This document shows positions 49,593-50,013 of a stretch of 50,013 bases of DNA, one piece after another; position 1 is the stretch's first letter; each line of letters begins with the position of its first letter. Position numbers and translations under genes: made by a program. The notes below the pieces were generated by a model. It worked only from the letters and a program-made list of their open reading frames with translations. It was not told where the DNA came from and made no database searches. This DNA is from Phoronis australis (lineage: Eukaryota > Animalia > Phoronida). The stretch covers positions 489,628 to 539,640 of the forward strand of contig NMRA01000302.1 in NCBI GenBank assembly GCA_002633005.1, written 5' to 3'.

Positions 49593-49825
49593 AGGTAATA
49601 ATGAAATGCAGTTAGCAGATTGCATCCCACAGCACACTTTTATTTCTGGTTGGCATTTCTTGACACCTGTGACACGGGCACCATGATGGATCTTCTGATG
49701 GTGCTGGGTAATGATCCAGTGAAGTGACTTCTGGTAGCCTAAATTCTAGACGCGGGGGTCTTGCTTGGTGACATCCCACTTTAGGTCTCTCAATTCCTTC
49801 TTTTATCCATGTGACTGATTCAGCC
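49593..49825 (-). pseudogene. P2X7 C-terminal-like cysteine-rich exon, frameshifted
   Basis: ctttag acceptor and GTAAG donor. PSWCPCHRCQEMPTRN, then a frameshift to VCCGMQSANCISLLP. Confidence 0.7.
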
Positions 49826-50013
49826 CTAAAGTGAGAGTAATTCAGTGACAACATTCACAGTAATGAGAACATTTTTTATAACTTTTGTTTGTATTGTTGT
49901 AGGATTTATTTGCCAACAAGTACAAAGACAACAACTGAATGACTATCAGATTGGAACTCATCTACTGGTTTAGGATTGGGTTTTGGATTAATTCATAGGC
50001 AGATTTAGGGGGG

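Overview
AT-rich eukaryotic (invertebrate animal-like) genomic DNA with spliceosomal introns; there is no evidence of prokaryotic operons, rRNA or CRISPR. Two host genes are supported. The first is the last coding exons of an MCCC2-like (methylcrotonyl-CoA carboxylase beta-type carboxyltransferase) gene on + (1034-3850). The second is a single-coding-exon Golgi-type WSC-domain + Gal/GlcNAc-6-O-sulfotransferase (CHST1-like) gene on - (26485-27939). The rest is mostly transposon-derived: three Helentron-associated (HINE/DINE-like) elements carrying 3, 2 and 1 copies of a ~433-bp unit; a Gmr1-type Ty3/Gypsy element (integrase before RT) with its 3' LTR; a near-complete ISL2EU transposon (THAP-DDE transposase plus convergent SAP/SWIM/YqaJ nuclease); several Kolobok-type relics (THAP and P2X7-C-terminal-like genes); hAT-, Harbinger- and Tc1/mariner-type MITEs; a tRNA-derived SINE head; and a LINE tail. 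Six single Ns mark assembly joins. Both apparent gene duplications (an MCCC2-like exon and the sulfotransferase 3' half) abut an N and may be uncollapsed haplotypes. I cannot support a wholly new biological system. The most unusual items are the WSC-CHST architecture, the mirrored CRE/ETS-like motifs of the ISL2EU, and the DR1-bearing HINE arrays. Family assignments come from motif recognition, not database searches.
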